Of a stretch of DNA of 64,000 nt, positions 50,161 to 61,650 are shown piece by piece (position 1 is the first letter of the stretch; each line of letters opens with the position of its first letter). Made by a program: the position numbers and the translations under genes. The stretch is from an uncultured Rivularia sp. GTDB lineage: Bacteria; Cyanobacteriota; Cyanobacteriia; Cyanobacteriales; Nostocaceae. The DNA is taken from the NCBI GenBank assembly GCA_963665115.1, contig OY762007.1, positions 6,784,001-6,848,000 on the forward strand, given 5' to 3'. The notes under the pieces were generated by a model. That model saw only the letters and a program-made list of their open reading frames with translations. It was not told the origin of the DNA and ran no database searches.

Positions 50161-51553
50161 TCATTTTTCAAACGGTAATGACGGTGAGTTGCTTTTAGGA
50201 AATATCGCTAGTTCGGTTTCTGGATCGAAGAAGTGAATTTTCTCTGGGTTTAGGGATAACCATACTTTTTCTCCCGTATTTACCAATTTTTCGGGGGGTA
50301 CTCTCACTTGCAACTCATCTGATGCTAAATAATCTTTTTGAAATTTTGTTTCAATTAGTTTGACTGCAAGATAACTATCGTTACCGAGATTTTCTGTCCA
50401 TTCTACTTGTGCTGGTAAATTCTTAGTCGCAGGTAGGCTTATATTCCAGTGTTCCGGACGAACTCCTAATATTAGGGTTCGTCCGTTGTATTTTCGTAAA
50501 GCATTGCCCCAATCTTCTGGTAGGGTTAAGCGAAAATCACCCTTGGTTATCAAACGAGGCGATTGAAATTTTACCTCAATAAAATTCATGGGCGCGGAGC
50601 CGATAAACTCTGCCACAAAACGGTTTGCAGGACGATTGTAAATTTCTAATGGGGGAGCAACCTGCATTATTTGACCTCGATTCATCACTGCAACCCTATC
50701 GCCCATTGTCATTGCTTCTGTTCGATCGTGTGTAACGTAAATTGTAGTTATTCCCAGTTGACGTTGCAGCTTGACTATCTCAGCACGAGTTTGCATTCGC
50801 AATTTGGCATCTAAATTAGATAGCGGTTCATCCATCAAAAATACTTGTGGGTTACGAGCAATTGCACGCCCTAATGCTACTCGCTGTCTTTGTCCCCCCA
50901 GACAATTCTTTGGGATATCTATTTAACAACTCTTCTATTTGCAATAATTTAACTACATTACTTACCCGTTCGTTTACTACTTGCTCTTTATCCGAAACGT
51001 ACCGCAAACCTTTCGGTAATTTCCTTGTAGCCGCTACCACTAAATTTTCTGCTATTTTTGATAATTCATTTAATAATTTCCCCCTATCTCCCCCTTCGGG
51101 TATCTCCTCCGGAGACGCTTCGCTAACACCACTTCTCTCAACGGAGGGAACCTCCGCACGAGAGTGGATTCCCCATCTCCCCCTCTCCTCTCTCCCTGCT
51201 TGAATTCTCAATCCAAAAGCAATGTTGTCATACACCGTCATGTGGGGATAAAGGGCGTAATTCTGAAACACCATTGCAATATTTCTTTGAGAAGGTGAAA
51301 GGTAGTTTACAGCACGATTTTCTACCCAAATATTACCTCCGGTAATATCTTCTAAACCTGCAATTAACCGCAGCAATGTACTTTTTCCACAACCAGAAGG
51401 TCCCACCAACACCATAAATTCGCCATTTTCGACGGTGAGATTAATTCTCCGCAATACGGGAGCGCTTTCGCTGCGATGAGTATTATCAGATGCAACTTTA
51501 CTTTTATGGGTGGGAAAACTCTTGTAAACGTTTTCTAAAACAACTTGCGCCAC
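50161..51553 (-). CDS. MalK/UgpC-type carbohydrate ABC transporter ATPase (apparent +1 frameshift at 50894-50899; in-frame repeat insertion)
   Basis: [35 protein letters not shown] restored by removing one base, [17 protein letters not shown] tail. Confidence 0.9.
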
Positions 51554-51894
51554 GAGTCCTTCCGTGCTTCAATACTTTTCGGTTTGCGCTAATAATACAG
51601 CTTTGAAAAATTAAAAGAAAGTAAATAAACTTATCTCAAGTATTGTTACCTTTATGGAACCATTTTAAATACTCAGTGATAATACTGTTGGCAGAGAACC
51701 ATTTTCACTTCAATTGAAATCAAAATTTTTTATTTTGTGCTTTCTGAATCTTTCTTCGTCAGCCTTTTACATTCACAATATAAATGTAAAGTTTTTCTAA
51801 TGTGTGAAGAGTAAGGCTATTTTTCTTCGCCTGATATTACTTAACAGAGATTCAGGTGTGCCCGCGCAGACAGATTTATTTGTGAAGGCACTTT

Positions 51895-52110
51895 ATGTAT
51901 AGTACTAAAGAACTAATTAAGTATAAGAATTACGTTATACAGCCGTATCATCATTCTCACGAAGCGCCAGATAAACAATGGGGATATCGGATATGGAAAG
52001 GTTATGAATTAATGTGCGTAGATGAAATTGGCACTCAATCCTCTTTAGAGGCTATAAAGGCTGCCATACAAGAAATTGAGAAAGGTGTTCTATGTCGATT
52101 TTGTCAGTGA
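51895..52110 (+). CDS. Small hypothetical protein
   Basis: 71-aa ORF with ATG and plausible composition; no family recognised. Confidence 0.5.
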   Translation: MYSTKELIKYKNYVIQPYHHSHEAPDKQWGYRIWKGYELMCVDEIGTQSSLEAIKAAIQEIEKGVLCRFCQ

Positions 52111-52148
52111 AAAACCCGCCCCCGAGCCAACGCTATAGTTAAGGTTCA

Positions 52149-52352
52149 CTAACTCTCATATTCATAAATTTTACTATCTGAAACCCGATAATCGCGAGAT
52201 TGCATTACTTCCTGTTCCGCTTCTTGCAAAGCTTGCTGGGCTTCTTCCCTTGTCTTAAACCCTTTAATACTTGTTTTGAATCCCTCAGCCGCATCGGTGT
52301 TATTAGCGCCTAAATTCAGCTTTTTAGATTGTTCTATGTAATATCCAAACAT
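52149..52352 (-). CDS. Small hypothetical protein
   Basis: 67-aa ORF containing GFKTREEAQQAL. Confidence 0.5.
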   Translation of the reverse strand: MFGYYIEQSKKLNLGANNTDAAEGFKTSIKGFKTREEAQQALQEAEQEVMQSRDYRVSDSKIYEYES

Positions 52353-52597
52353 TCACTTAGTAATATATAGGGTGACTATAATTCGTAATTCGTAATTCGT
52401 AAAAATATAATAAAAGCACTGTAATAATGGCGATCGCCCCGATTGAGAACTTTCCAAAAACCTCAATATTTACAATTTAAACGACTTGTATACTATTTTA
52501 CGAGAACAATCATACAACTTTCTTGCAGAAATGAAAGCTGACTTCCGCCAAACTTATGTTCAAATTTACCACTATTTTCTTTACCGATCCGAGCCGT

Positions 52598-52630
52598 AAA
52601 GATCCTGTATTCATGCGTGGGGAGTGTCAA
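52598..52630 (+). mobile_element. Possible orphan IS200/IS605-family right-end remnant
   Basis: gatcctgtattcatgcgtggggagtgtcaa resembles hairpin-GGGGAGTGTCAA right ends; no tnpA/tnpB nearby. Confidence 0.4.
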
Positions 52631-52693
52631 CTAGCTGCCTTTATCCCCACAAAATAAATAAAGCAGCTTTAAAATTTCAAAATGCCCCTAAAT

Positions 52694-52707
52694 GGTACAA
52701 TAGTACT
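52694..52707 (+). promoter_or_regulatory. LexA box upstream of ssb
   Basis: GGTACAATAGTACT fits RGTAC-N3-DGTWCB, about 200 bp before the ATG. Confidence 0.75.
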
Positions 52708-52905
52708 GAATGCAGAATCAGCAGTCAGGCAAAGTTACCGAACAGTTGTAAATAACAGTTCGTAGCTTTCGCTTGGCTTTTATCATTAAAATAGCTTGCA
52801 GGTTAGATTGTCTAATATTTTTTTGTTACGAAAGTTTGAGAAACAGAAAAAAGTTGAGCATAAATTGATATTTGTCACAGCAAGCGTAATTTTAGGAGAT
52901 TTTTT

Positions 52906-53457
52906 ATGAACAGTTGCGTATTAATGGCAGAGATTATTCAACAACCCGAGTTGCGCTATACAGCGGACAATCAACTAGAAATTACACAAATGCTGGTACA
53001 GTTTTGGGGAGCAAGAGATAACGATCCACCAGCAAACTTAAAAGTAGTCAGTTTTGGTAAGTTAGCAAAAGAGATTCAAGAAAATTATAAAGAAGGCGAT
53101 CGCGTTATTCTAGTAGGTCGTTTGAGTATGAATACGATCGAACGTCCGGAGGGTTTCAAGGAGAAGCGTGCTGAAATGACAGTGCAGCAAATCCAACATA
53201 CAGCAGGAGGTTTTGAGACAAATCCGATGCAAACACAAACTCAATCAATACCCTCAGTACCCATAGCAACTCCCCAAGCACAAACTGTAAATCCCGTACC
53301 TCAAGCAGCTAAGCCAGTTTCGGCTAGAAGCATTAACACAGCACCTTCTCAAAACGTTCCGCAACCCGAACCCGTATCCCAACCGACAAATTACGAACCA
53401 AGCACCTATCCGGCGATGGTAGAAGAAGACATCCAAGAAGACGACATCCCGTTTTAA
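52906..53457 (+). CDS. ssb: Single-stranded DNA-binding protein
   Basis: MNSCVLMAEIIQQPELRYT OB fold, P/Q-rich linker, acidic DDIPF tail; AGGAG RBS. Confidence 0.92.
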   Translation: MNSCVLMAEIIQQPELRYTADNQLEITQMLVQFWGARDNDPPANLKVVSFGKLAKEIQENYKEGDRVILVGRLSMNTIERPEGFKEKRAEMTVQQIQHTAGGFETNPMQTQTQSIPSVPIATPQAQTVNPVPQAAKPVSARSINTAPSQNVPQPEPVSQPTNYEPSTYPAMVEEDIQEDDIPF

Positions 53458-53768
53458 ATATTACACAATGTAGAGACGTTGCCGGGCGCAACGTCTTTAT
53501 CCGTAATGCATAACAAATAATCGGCTGTATATTTTCTATTCGCTTTACCTAAATTTAACAATCCAAACATTCGTTACTTTAGTTACCGTATCGCTTGCAA
53601 CATTTGCTATAACCTATTTATAATATTTGGTCTACTTTTAACAGCAAATTCAACTTAGATGTAAAAATTCAAAAAAAAATACTTTCTACTACTGACAAAA
53701 ATAAATCTGCTGTTAAAATCCAATTAAATTAAAGTTAAATCCTTCTTAAGAATCTACCCCCGACTTCC

Positions 53769-55634
53769 ATGAGAGAAACAGTCCTAGACGTTCGCAATTT
53801 GCAAGTTGAATTCTCTGATGATGGCAACGTTGTCAAAGCAGTAAACGGAATTTCTTTTCAATTACATAGAGGAGAGACTTTAGGAATAGTAGGGGAGTCG
53901 GGGAGTGGAAAATCAGTCACATCCCTTGCAACAATGGGTTTGTTGCAAAATCCCGGAAAAATTAGTGGTGGTGAAGTTTGGTTTCGTCCCCAAGAAAACG
54001 GCGAAGCATTGAACTTAGTAGAGCTACCAGCGAAAGAAATGCAGCTTTACCGGGGTGGCGACATTGCCATGATATTTCAAGAACCAATGACTTCCTTGAA
54101 CCCGGTTTATAACATTGGTTTTCAATTAACAGAAGCAATTTTACGACATCAGAATATTTCTAGTGCAGAAGCTCGTCAAAAAGCAATCGATAGTTTGGTG
54201 GAAGTTAAACTTCTTCCCGACGACGAGCAAATTCGTCAAAATTTAATTGAAACATCGCCAAAAGCTTTAGACGAACAACAGCTCGCTCAGCTAGTAAAAC
54301 AACATAAAGAAGCAATATTAGAACGCTTTCCCCATCAACTTTCCGGGGGACAGTTGCAGCGGGTAATGATTGCAATGGCAATTTCTTGCAACCCACTATT
54401 ACTAATCGCTGATGAACCTACAACCGCTTTAGACGTTACCGTACAGGCAACAATTATCGATTTGCTGGGAGAATTGCAGCAGAAGCGCGACATGGCGATG
54501 ATTTTTATTACCCATGACTTGGGATTGATTGCAGAAATCGCCGATAAAGTAGCGGTAATGTATAAAGGTGAAGTAGTCGAACAAGGTGACGCAGCGCAAA
54601 TATTTACAAATCCCCAACATCCTTATACCAAAGGCTTGCTCGCTTGTCGTCCGACTTTAGACCGTCATCCTCAAAAGTTGCTGACAGTTTCTGACTACAT
54701 GAGCGTAGAAGAAACACCCACTGGAGAGGTAGTAATTAAAGCAAAACAACCAGATGAACCTGTAGAAGTAACTTCCGCTGACATTGCTCAAAGATTAGCA
54801 ACATTAGAACAACAACAACCACTTTTGCAAATTCGTAACTTGCAGGTTGGTTATCCCGTAAAGGGAATGTTCGGTGGTACAAAGCGTCATTTTATGGCGG
54901 TAAAGAATGTTTCCTTCGAGGTAAAAAAAGGAGAAACCTTGGGATTGGTAGGAGAATCTGGTTGCGGTAAAACGACTCTTGGTAGAAGTTTACTGCGATT
55001 GGTAGAACCTTTAAGCGGTCAAATACTTTTTGAAGGAAGAGACATTACCAAACTCAAAGGAAAAACCTTACAAAAACTGCGTAGAGAAATGCAGATTATC
55101 TTTCAAAATCCTTTTAGCGCTTTGGATTCGCGCATGAAGGTAGGTGATGCAGTTATGGAACCTTTGGTAATTCACTCTATCGGTAAAACAAAAAAAGACC
55201 GACAACAACGCGCAGTTTACTTGTTAGAAAGAGTAGGGTTGGATGCTGATGCAATGAACCGCTATCCGCACCAATTTTCAGGAGGGCAGCGTCAACGGGT
55301 TTGTATTGCTCGTTCTTTAGCCTTGAATCCCAAGTTTATTATTTGTGATGAATCGGTTTCCGCTTTAGACGTATCTGTACAAGCGCAAGTACTTAATCTG
55401 CTTAAAGAGTTACAAGAAGAATTCGGATTAACCTACATCTTTATTTCCCACGATTTGAGCGTAGTTAAATTTATCAGCGATAGAATTTTGGTGATGAATC
55501 GCGGTGAAATAGTAGAAAGTGGTAACGCGCAGGAAATTTACCGCCAACCAAAAGAAGAATATACTCAAAAATTAATTGCATCTATTCCTACAGGTAGTCC
55601 AGAAAGGATGCGGAATCAATCAGTTACCAGTTAA
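53769..55634 (+). CDS. Fused double-domain peptide/nickel ABC transporter ATPase
   Basis: Two NBDs: GESGSGKS / LSGGQLQR / DEPT and GESGCGKT / FSGGQRQR / DESV. Confidence 0.93.
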   Translation: MRETVLDVRNLQVEFSDDGNVVKAVNGISFQLHRGETLGIVGESGSGKSVTSLATMGLLQNPGKISGGEVWFRPQENGEALNLVELPAKEMQLYRGGDIAMIFQEPMTSLNPVYNIGFQLTEAILRHQNISSAEARQKAIDSLVEVKLLPDDEQIRQNLIETSPKALDEQQLAQLVKQHKEAILERFPHQLSGGQLQRVMIAMAISCNPLLLIADEPTTALDVTVQATIIDLLGELQQKRDMAMIFITHDLGLIAEIADKVAVMYKGEVVEQGDAAQIFTNPQHPYTKGLLACRPTLDRHPQKLLTVSDYMSVEETPTGEVVIKAKQPDEPVEVTSADIAQRLATLEQQQPLLQIRNLQVGYPVKGMFGGTKRHFMAVKNVSFEVKKGETLGLVGESGCGKTTLGRSLLRLVEPLSGQILFEGRDITKLKGKTLQKLRREMQIIFQNPFSALDSRMKVGDAVMEPLVIHSIGKTKKDRQQRAVYLLERVGLDADAMNRYPHQFSGGQRQRVCIARSLALNPKFIICDESVSALDVSVQAQVLNLLKELQEEFGLTYIFISHDLSVVKFISDRILVMNRGEIVESGNAQEIYRQPKEEYTQKLIASIPTGSPERMRNQSVTS

Positions 55635-56026
55635 CAGTTAACAGTTAGGAGTTAGGAACTAGGAATTTTTTAACTTTTAGCTTTTGACCTTTGACTTTTG
55701 ATCTTATATATTAACCTCTCTTTTGGCAGATAGAAATGATGAAAATGTAAACCCAAAGAGTGATGAATCATCAAAATAAATAGGAGAGACTGTGAAGAGA
55801 AAATTAGTCAAAAAACCTGTCGAATTAATCAGTTATTTGTAGCTAGTCATAACCGCATATAAAAATGTCGGATTATAACAACAGTTGGCTGTTTTAACCA
55901 GATAATTAGCCTTTTTTGGTTGATTGTTAAGGGGCATATTCATCACAAATTACCAATTGCTGAATTATTTTGACGGGATTAAAACCTAATTTTGATAGAT
56001 AATTTTTGGTTAGACGAGGAGAAAAC

Positions 56027-56717
56027 ATGGTAGATAGAAAATATAAGCGTGCAGTTGGTACATTTGCAAGCCGTGGAGATGCGGAAAAAGCGCTTTACAA
56101 ACTCAGAGATTCTGGCTTTTCTATGGACAGAGTTTCTCTGTTGGCAAAAAATGCAGACGGTAACGATCAAATTGCTGGTGCCGACGTAAACAGCGAAACC
56201 TAGCGGAAATGAAGCTCAAGAAGGTGCTGGAATTGGTGCTACCACTGGTTCTGTTTTAGGTGGTTTGGGCGGTTTACTTGTAGGTTTGGAATCATTATTA
56301 ATTCCTGGAGTTGGTCCTTTCCTTGCAGCAGGTACTATCGCAACAACCTTGGCTGGTGCTGGATTGGGTGCTTTGTCGGGTGGTATTATTGGTGGTTTGA
56401 CTGGTATGGGTATTCCCGAAGAGGATGCCAAAGCTTACGGTGATAGCATTGATAACGGTTATTACTTGATAATAGTAGACGGTTACGAAGATGAAATAGA
56501 CCGTGCCAGTTCTGTTTTGAGCAGTCACAATATTGGTAATTGGAAAGTATTTGACGCAGAAGCTCCTAAAGGTGCGGTTGCTACCGCTCCAGCAACTCCT
56601 GTTGCTCCTGCTGCTCCTGCTACTCCCGTTGTTGAAAAAGAAGTTGTTGATAGAAAAACTGTAGTCGATCGCGATGTGGTAGAAATTGTTGATAAAAGAG
56701 ACGAGACTCTTCGCTAA
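56027..56717 (+). CDS. General stress protein-like (glycine-zipper) protein (apparent +1 frameshift at 56196-56200)
   Basis: GAGGAG RBS; RAVGTF..AEKALYKLRDSGF, then GAGIGATTGSVLGG..IPGVGPFLAAG..GMGIPEEDA in the +1 frame. Confidence 0.8.
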
Positions 56718-56770
56718 TTGATTTAACTAAAGTAAATTTGTTTGAACCCGGTTTTTTTAAAGCCGGGTTT

Positions 56771-56974
56771 TTAGCCGTCTGGAAATTGCCAGCAGGAAAT
56801 TCGTTCAACATTATTGCTACGGCAGTTATTACAAATTGCATCAAAGGATGAATCAACCCACTCGTTATTGCAACTCCGACAATGACAAAAAATATTATTG
56901 CGGTTGGCAACTTTTATCTTTTCCTGCCATTGAAAAATAATAGACTTGTTTTCCTCGGATTTAAAATCAGACAT
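56771..56974 (-). CDS. Small Cys-rich zinc-ribbon-like protein
   Basis: FCHCRSC..EWVDS..CNNCRS..VERISCWQFPDG. Confidence 0.7.
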   Translation of the reverse strand: MSDFKSEENKSIIFQWQEKIKVANRNNIFCHCRSCNNEWVDSSFDAICNNCRSNNVERISCWQFPDG

Positions 56975-57215
56975 ATTTAAAATTCACCTAAACAGGTTGG
57001 CGTTGAAAATCGTAATGATGACCATTTTTTGAATTCAAAATTACCATTACCTAAAGTCCAATCGCTTGAAGCGGGGTGTGGAATGCTTTGATATTTCTCT
57101 CCTTTTAAGGAGAGGTTTAGGTTTATATCCTTAATTTTGAATTTTGCATCTTGAATTTTGCATTCATAAATGGTCATAAATTTGTTAGACTAACGCCATC
57201 TATAGCTATAAATTG

Positions 57216-57785
57216 ATGAAAACACAAAGCCATATAGTAGTAATTACGGCTTCTGCTGGAGGGCTTAATGCGATTAGCGAAATTTTATCAAAATTACCAT
57301 CAAATTTTCCCGCACCTATTGCCATAGCACAACATTTAGATCCCAAGCGCCCTAGTATGATGGCAGAGATTTTGGATCGGCGATCGCCATTATCTGTAAA
57401 ACAAGCGCAAGCAGGAGATAAATTATATCCTGGTAAGGTTTACATCGCTCCACCCGATTTACATCTTTTAGTAAATCCGGATGGTTCTTTATCTTTATCT
57501 CACTCAGAAAAAGTGCATTTTGTTCGCCCTTCTGGTGATGTACTATTTAAGTCAGTTGCAGCTAGTTTCAAAGATAAATGTATTGCGGTTGTCTTAACTG
57601 GTATGGATGGAGATGGTGCTGCGGGAGTACAAGAAATCAAGAAGATGGGTGGTATCGTTATTGCTCAAGATAAAGCTACTTGCAAATATTCTAGTATGCC
57701 GGATTCAGCAATTCAAACCGGAGATGTAGATTTTATCGTACCTCTCGAATCTATTGCACGCTCTTTAATGTATTTAATCCTGTAA
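57216..57785 (+). CDS. cheB: CheB-type methylesterase, catalytic domain only
   Basis: ASAGG, QHLDP, YIAPP, RPSGDVLF, LTGMDGDG (Ser-His-Asp triad); no receiver domain. Confidence 0.9.
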   Translation: MKTQSHIVVITASAGGLNAISEILSKLPSNFPAPIAIAQHLDPKRPSMMAEILDRRSPLSVKQAQAGDKLYPGKVYIAPPDLHLLVNPDGSLSLSHSEKVHFVRPSGDVLFKSVAASFKDKCIAVVLTGMDGDGAAGVQEIKKMGGIVIAQDKATCKYSSMPDSAIQTGDVDFIVPLESIARSLMYLIL

Positions 57786-58779
57786 TTTAGCAGGACTTAA
57801 TATCAATGGTTTATTAAATTTAGATTGAGGTTATCTTTGAAATACTGCTGTAGTTATGAAAATTTTTAATTCCAATCATAAGATATAGTAATGATTAATT
57901 TTGTATAAGATTTAATCGCCACATACAATTAAAGCATTCTATGTGGCTTTTTACTGGTTTGATAATAATAAAAATTTAGGTTATAGCCGTAGTTGGTGTG
58001 TTAAAAAACATTTTCAAAAACGGAGCAGCAATTTCTAGGTAGGAATTAATAATTAATATCAAGCATAAATGAGAATTCTCTTTGTATAGCTTCGGTTACA
58101 AAGTTTTTCTCAATATCATGCTGCATACTATGTATAAAATAAACGTAATAATAGAAATAATGCTTCTGAAGTGAGAAACTGCGCTAAAACTTTAGCTGAA
58201 AAGACACAAACAGCCTCTATACAAAGATTATAAGCTTAAAAAACAATATTTTTATTCATCCAGTCTGCTTTCTCTATTTACTACTTCCAGATCCAGCGTT
58301 CCCTCTTCTACGACTGCTTATTTAGTATAGCAAGTACGGCTACGGTCAAAATTTATAATCGAAAAGAATATGTCTAAAAGCGTACTTATTATTTATTTAT
58401 TAACAATCTGAAAAATGTCGCAGGGAAGACAGGATAGCTGAAAATTAAGAATAATTAATAAAGCAGATTTTTTATTGTATAATTAACATTCTAACTTCAT
58501 TTCAATATGATGCTCTGCATAAAAAATAGTATAAAGTAAAAAAAGATTAGACTCATTTCTCTAGGTAATTTTGTAAAAGTTTGCTTTTAGTTGCAATGTA
58601 AAACTGTATTTTGATATTTTAAAAATGGTAATTAATTGATAAAATTAACGCATATTACAGCAAGCATATAATTTGAGATTCCCGACTTATAAATAGAGCT
58701 AACCCCTGCCGTCCGTAGGGAAAATTGTATAAAAAATCAATCAGTTACCCGTAATTCTCTTATTAATTACTTAAAACTA

Positions 58780-61386
58780 GTGACATCCGCAAATATTCTT
58801 CAACATTTGCAATCTACTAACTTGCTGAAAATGCGAACTGTGTCAGAAGTGATGCACAAGACGGTAATTTATGCATCTCCTACTGCTTCTTTACTTGAAA
58901 TCGCTCAGATGATGGCAGAGAATAAAATTAGTAGTATTGCGATCGCCCAAAAAGGATTGGTAGGAGTAGGAAGAGCAGTTTATCCCATCGGAATCATTAC
59001 AGAACGGGATATAGTGCGATTTCAAGCTTTAAAAGTGGATTTAGATCGGATTAAAGCAGAAAAGGTCATAACTGCTCCTTTATTTTGCCTTTATCCAACT
59101 GATTCGCTATGGAAGGCTCATTTGGAAATGCAGCGCAGAAATTTGCGGCAATTGATAGTACTCGGAGATGAAGCTGAATTAGTCGGAATTGTGACTCAAA
59201 GCGGTTTGTTAGAAGTATTCGATGCTGTAGAAATCACTTTACCCAGCACAAGTTTAGAGCAATACTCAGAAGAAAAAACAGCTCGCTTAAGACGTGTAAA
59301 CCAACAGTTGCAAAACGAAATTAGTCAAGGGGAACAAAGACAAAAATTATCTTCTCAAGCTTCGATTGAATTAGAAAAACAAGTTGCACAAAGAGCTGCC
59401 GAGCTGATCCAAATCAACCGAGAATTAAGCACGAGTCTTGAAGAACAAGCTGTTTTTGAGCAGGAATTGCGCCAGCAAAACGAAGAATTATCTATAGCAA
59501 CTGAAAATGCTAGGTTAGCGCAACAGCGTTATGAGGATTTATTCGAGTTTGCGCCGGATGCATATTTAGTTACTGACGTAAATGGAATTATTCAAGAAGC
59601 TAATCGTGCGGCAAAGAAGTTATTTTGCTCGCCCCATAAATATCTTATAGGTAAACCAATATTTGTTTTTATTGCAGAGTCGGATCGCCGCAGCTTTCGT
59701 ACCCAAGTAAACTTACTACAGCCGGTACAGGATTGGGAATGTTGCATAAGTCTGACGAAAGTCAAGCCTTTTAACGTCGCAATTACCATGACCAGCGTCT
59801 ATGACTTTCAAGGTAAACTGGTGGGTAAGCGGTTGATGATTCGCGAAATCGGCGAACGCGGGCAGAAACAAAATAATATTCAACAGCAAGCTGCTTTACT
59901 CGATATTACAACAGATGCAATTATGGTTTGCGATTTGGATAACCAGATATTGTTCTGGAATCGAGGCGCAGAAAATTTGTATGAATGGCTTGAAGAGGAA
60001 GCTAAAAGTCAGAATATTCAAGAACTTTTACATCAAGATATTTCTTCTCAATTTGAATCGGCTTTTTTTAGAGTCTTGCAAGAAAACTCCTGGCAGGGTG
60101 AATTGCAACAAATTACAAAAAACGGTAAACAGATAGTTAGCTATAGCCGTTGGACTTTGATACGCGACGAACAAAGTCAGCCAAAATCAATATTGATAGT
60201 CAACACTGACATCACCCAGAAAAAACAACTCGAAGCCCAATACTATCGAGCGCAACGTTTGGAAAGCCTGGGAACCTTAGCCAGCGGTATTGCTCACGAC
60301 TTGAATAATATACTGACTCCGATTCTTACAGGTACTCAACTACTGCAACTTAAACTCCCCCATCTAGAAGAGCGAAATAAATTTCTCCTCAAAATGGTTG
60401 AAGATAACTGCAAGCGCGGTGCCCAACTTGTCAAGCAAATTACATCTTTTGCCAAGGGAGTAGAAGGCGATCGCATTCCCATACAGCTAGCACACCTGAT
60501 AAATGAAGTTAACCGGATTATCGAAAGTTCATTTCCTAAATCAATTGAATTTAGTAGCAAAATATTAACTGAACTTTGGACAGTAGAAGCGCAACCAACC
60601 CAGATACATCAATTGTTAATGAATTTATGTATTAATGCTCGCGATGCCATGCCGGAGGGAGGCAGCTTAACTATCAAAGCCGAAAATAAATTTATCGATG
60701 AAAACTATATCAGCATCAATCCGGAAGCAAAAGTAGGTAATTATGTAGCGATAACCATTGCCGATACTGGATGTGGCATATCGCAAGAGATATTAGAGCG
60801 AATTTTTGAACCGTTTTTTACCACAAAGCAAGCAGGAAAAGGTACGGGATTGGGACTTTCTACAACCATTGGCATCGTCAAAAGCCACGATGGTTTTATC
60901 AATGTTTCCAGTCAAGTCAATAAAGGCAGTAAATTTGAAGTATATTTACCAGCTAACAACCACAGTCAAGAACTAAAAAAAACTTCTGATTCGCAGATAG
61001 AAGACGGCAACGGGGAATTGATTGTAGTGGTAGACGACGAAGAATATATTCGAGAAATCACCAGAAATACCTTAGAATCCCACAACTACAAAGTATTCGC
61101 TGCTGGTGATGGCTTTGAAGCTTTTTCGTTTTACATTCAATACAAAAATCAAGTTAGCTTAGTTGTAATCGATATACAAATGCCTTCTATAGATGGCTTC
61201 AGAGTTATTAAAGTTTTGCAACGAATGAATCCCGATGTCAAAATTATTGCTATCAGCGGACTTGGTTCCAATCGTCAGCGAATAGATGCAAACGGCATCG
61301 AAGTAGAAGGATTTTTATCCAAGCCTTATACGCTAGGGGAATTATTAGAAGTAATAAAAAATGTTTTAACTGGGAACAAGGGATAG
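58780..61386 (+). CDS. Hybrid sensor histidine kinase: CBS pair - coiled coil - 2x PAS - HisKA - HATPase - REC
   Basis: GIITERDIV, FEFAPDAY..TD..G.I..AN, WNRGAE, GIAHDLNNIL, NARDAM, DTGCG, FFTTK, GTGLGL, VVDDE..DIQMP..KP. Confidence 0.93.
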   Translation: MTSANILQHLQSTNLLKMRTVSEVMHKTVIYASPTASLLEIAQMMAENKISSIAIAQKGLVGVGRAVYPIGIITERDIVRFQALKVDLDRIKAEKVITAPLFCLYPTDSLWKAHLEMQRRNLRQLIVLGDEAELVGIVTQSGLLEVFDAVEITLPSTSLEQYSEEKTARLRRVNQQLQNEISQGEQRQKLSSQASIELEKQVAQRAAELIQINRELSTSLEEQAVFEQELRQQNEELSIATENARLAQQRYEDLFEFAPDAYLVTDVNGIIQEANRAAKKLFCSPHKYLIGKPIFVFIAESDRRSFRTQVNLLQPVQDWECCISLTKVKPFNVAITMTSVYDFQGKLVGKRLMIREIGERGQKQNNIQQQAALLDITTDAIMVCDLDNQILFWNRGAENLYEWLEEEAKSQNIQELLHQDISSQFESAFFRVLQENSWQGELQQITKNGKQIVSYSRWTLIRDEQSQPKSILIVNTDITQKKQLEAQYYRAQRLESLGTLASGIAHDLNNILTPILTGTQLLQLKLPHLEERNKFLLKMVEDNCKRGAQLVKQITSFAKGVEGDRIPIQLAHLINEVNRIIESSFPKSIEFSSKILTELWTVEAQPTQIHQLLMNLCINARDAMPEGGSLTIKAENKFIDENYISINPEAKVGNYVAITIADTGCGISQEILERIFEPFFTTKQAGKGTGLGLSTTIGIVKSHDGFINVSSQVNKGSKFEVYLPANNHSQELKKTSDSQIEDGNGELIVVVDDEEYIREITRNTLESHNYKVFAAGDGFEAFSFYIQYKNQVSLVVIDIQMPSIDGFRVIKVLQRMNPDVKIIAISGLGSNRQRIDANGIEVEGFLSKPYTLGELLEVIKNVLTGNKG

Positions 61387-61395
61387 GGGGGGACA

Positions 61396-61634
61396 AGGGG
61401 ACATTATTAAAGTAGTGAGTAGTGAGTAGTGAGTAATAAGTAATGAGTAACAAGTAAAAATAGACGGGCAGAAGTACCGACATTTATGACAATAATAAAA
61501 AAGTGATTTACTCCCTACTCTCTACTTCCTACTCCCAACTCCCAACTCCCAACTCCCAACTCCCTACTCTCTACTTCCTACTTCCTACTTCCTACTTCCA
61601 ACTCCCTACTCCCTACTCCCTACTCCCTACTCCC
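61396..61634 (+). repeat. Composite dispersed element, copy 3
   Basis: Core at 61454-61513 identical to 30465-30524; same heptamer arms with different copy numbers. Confidence 0.9.
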
Positions 61635-61650
61635 TTAAGAGGTAATACAT

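Noticed and set aside
57786..58779. Hidden gene or ncRNA in the 1-kb AT-rich gap
   Set aside because: No convincing ORF, repeat or structured motif recognised.
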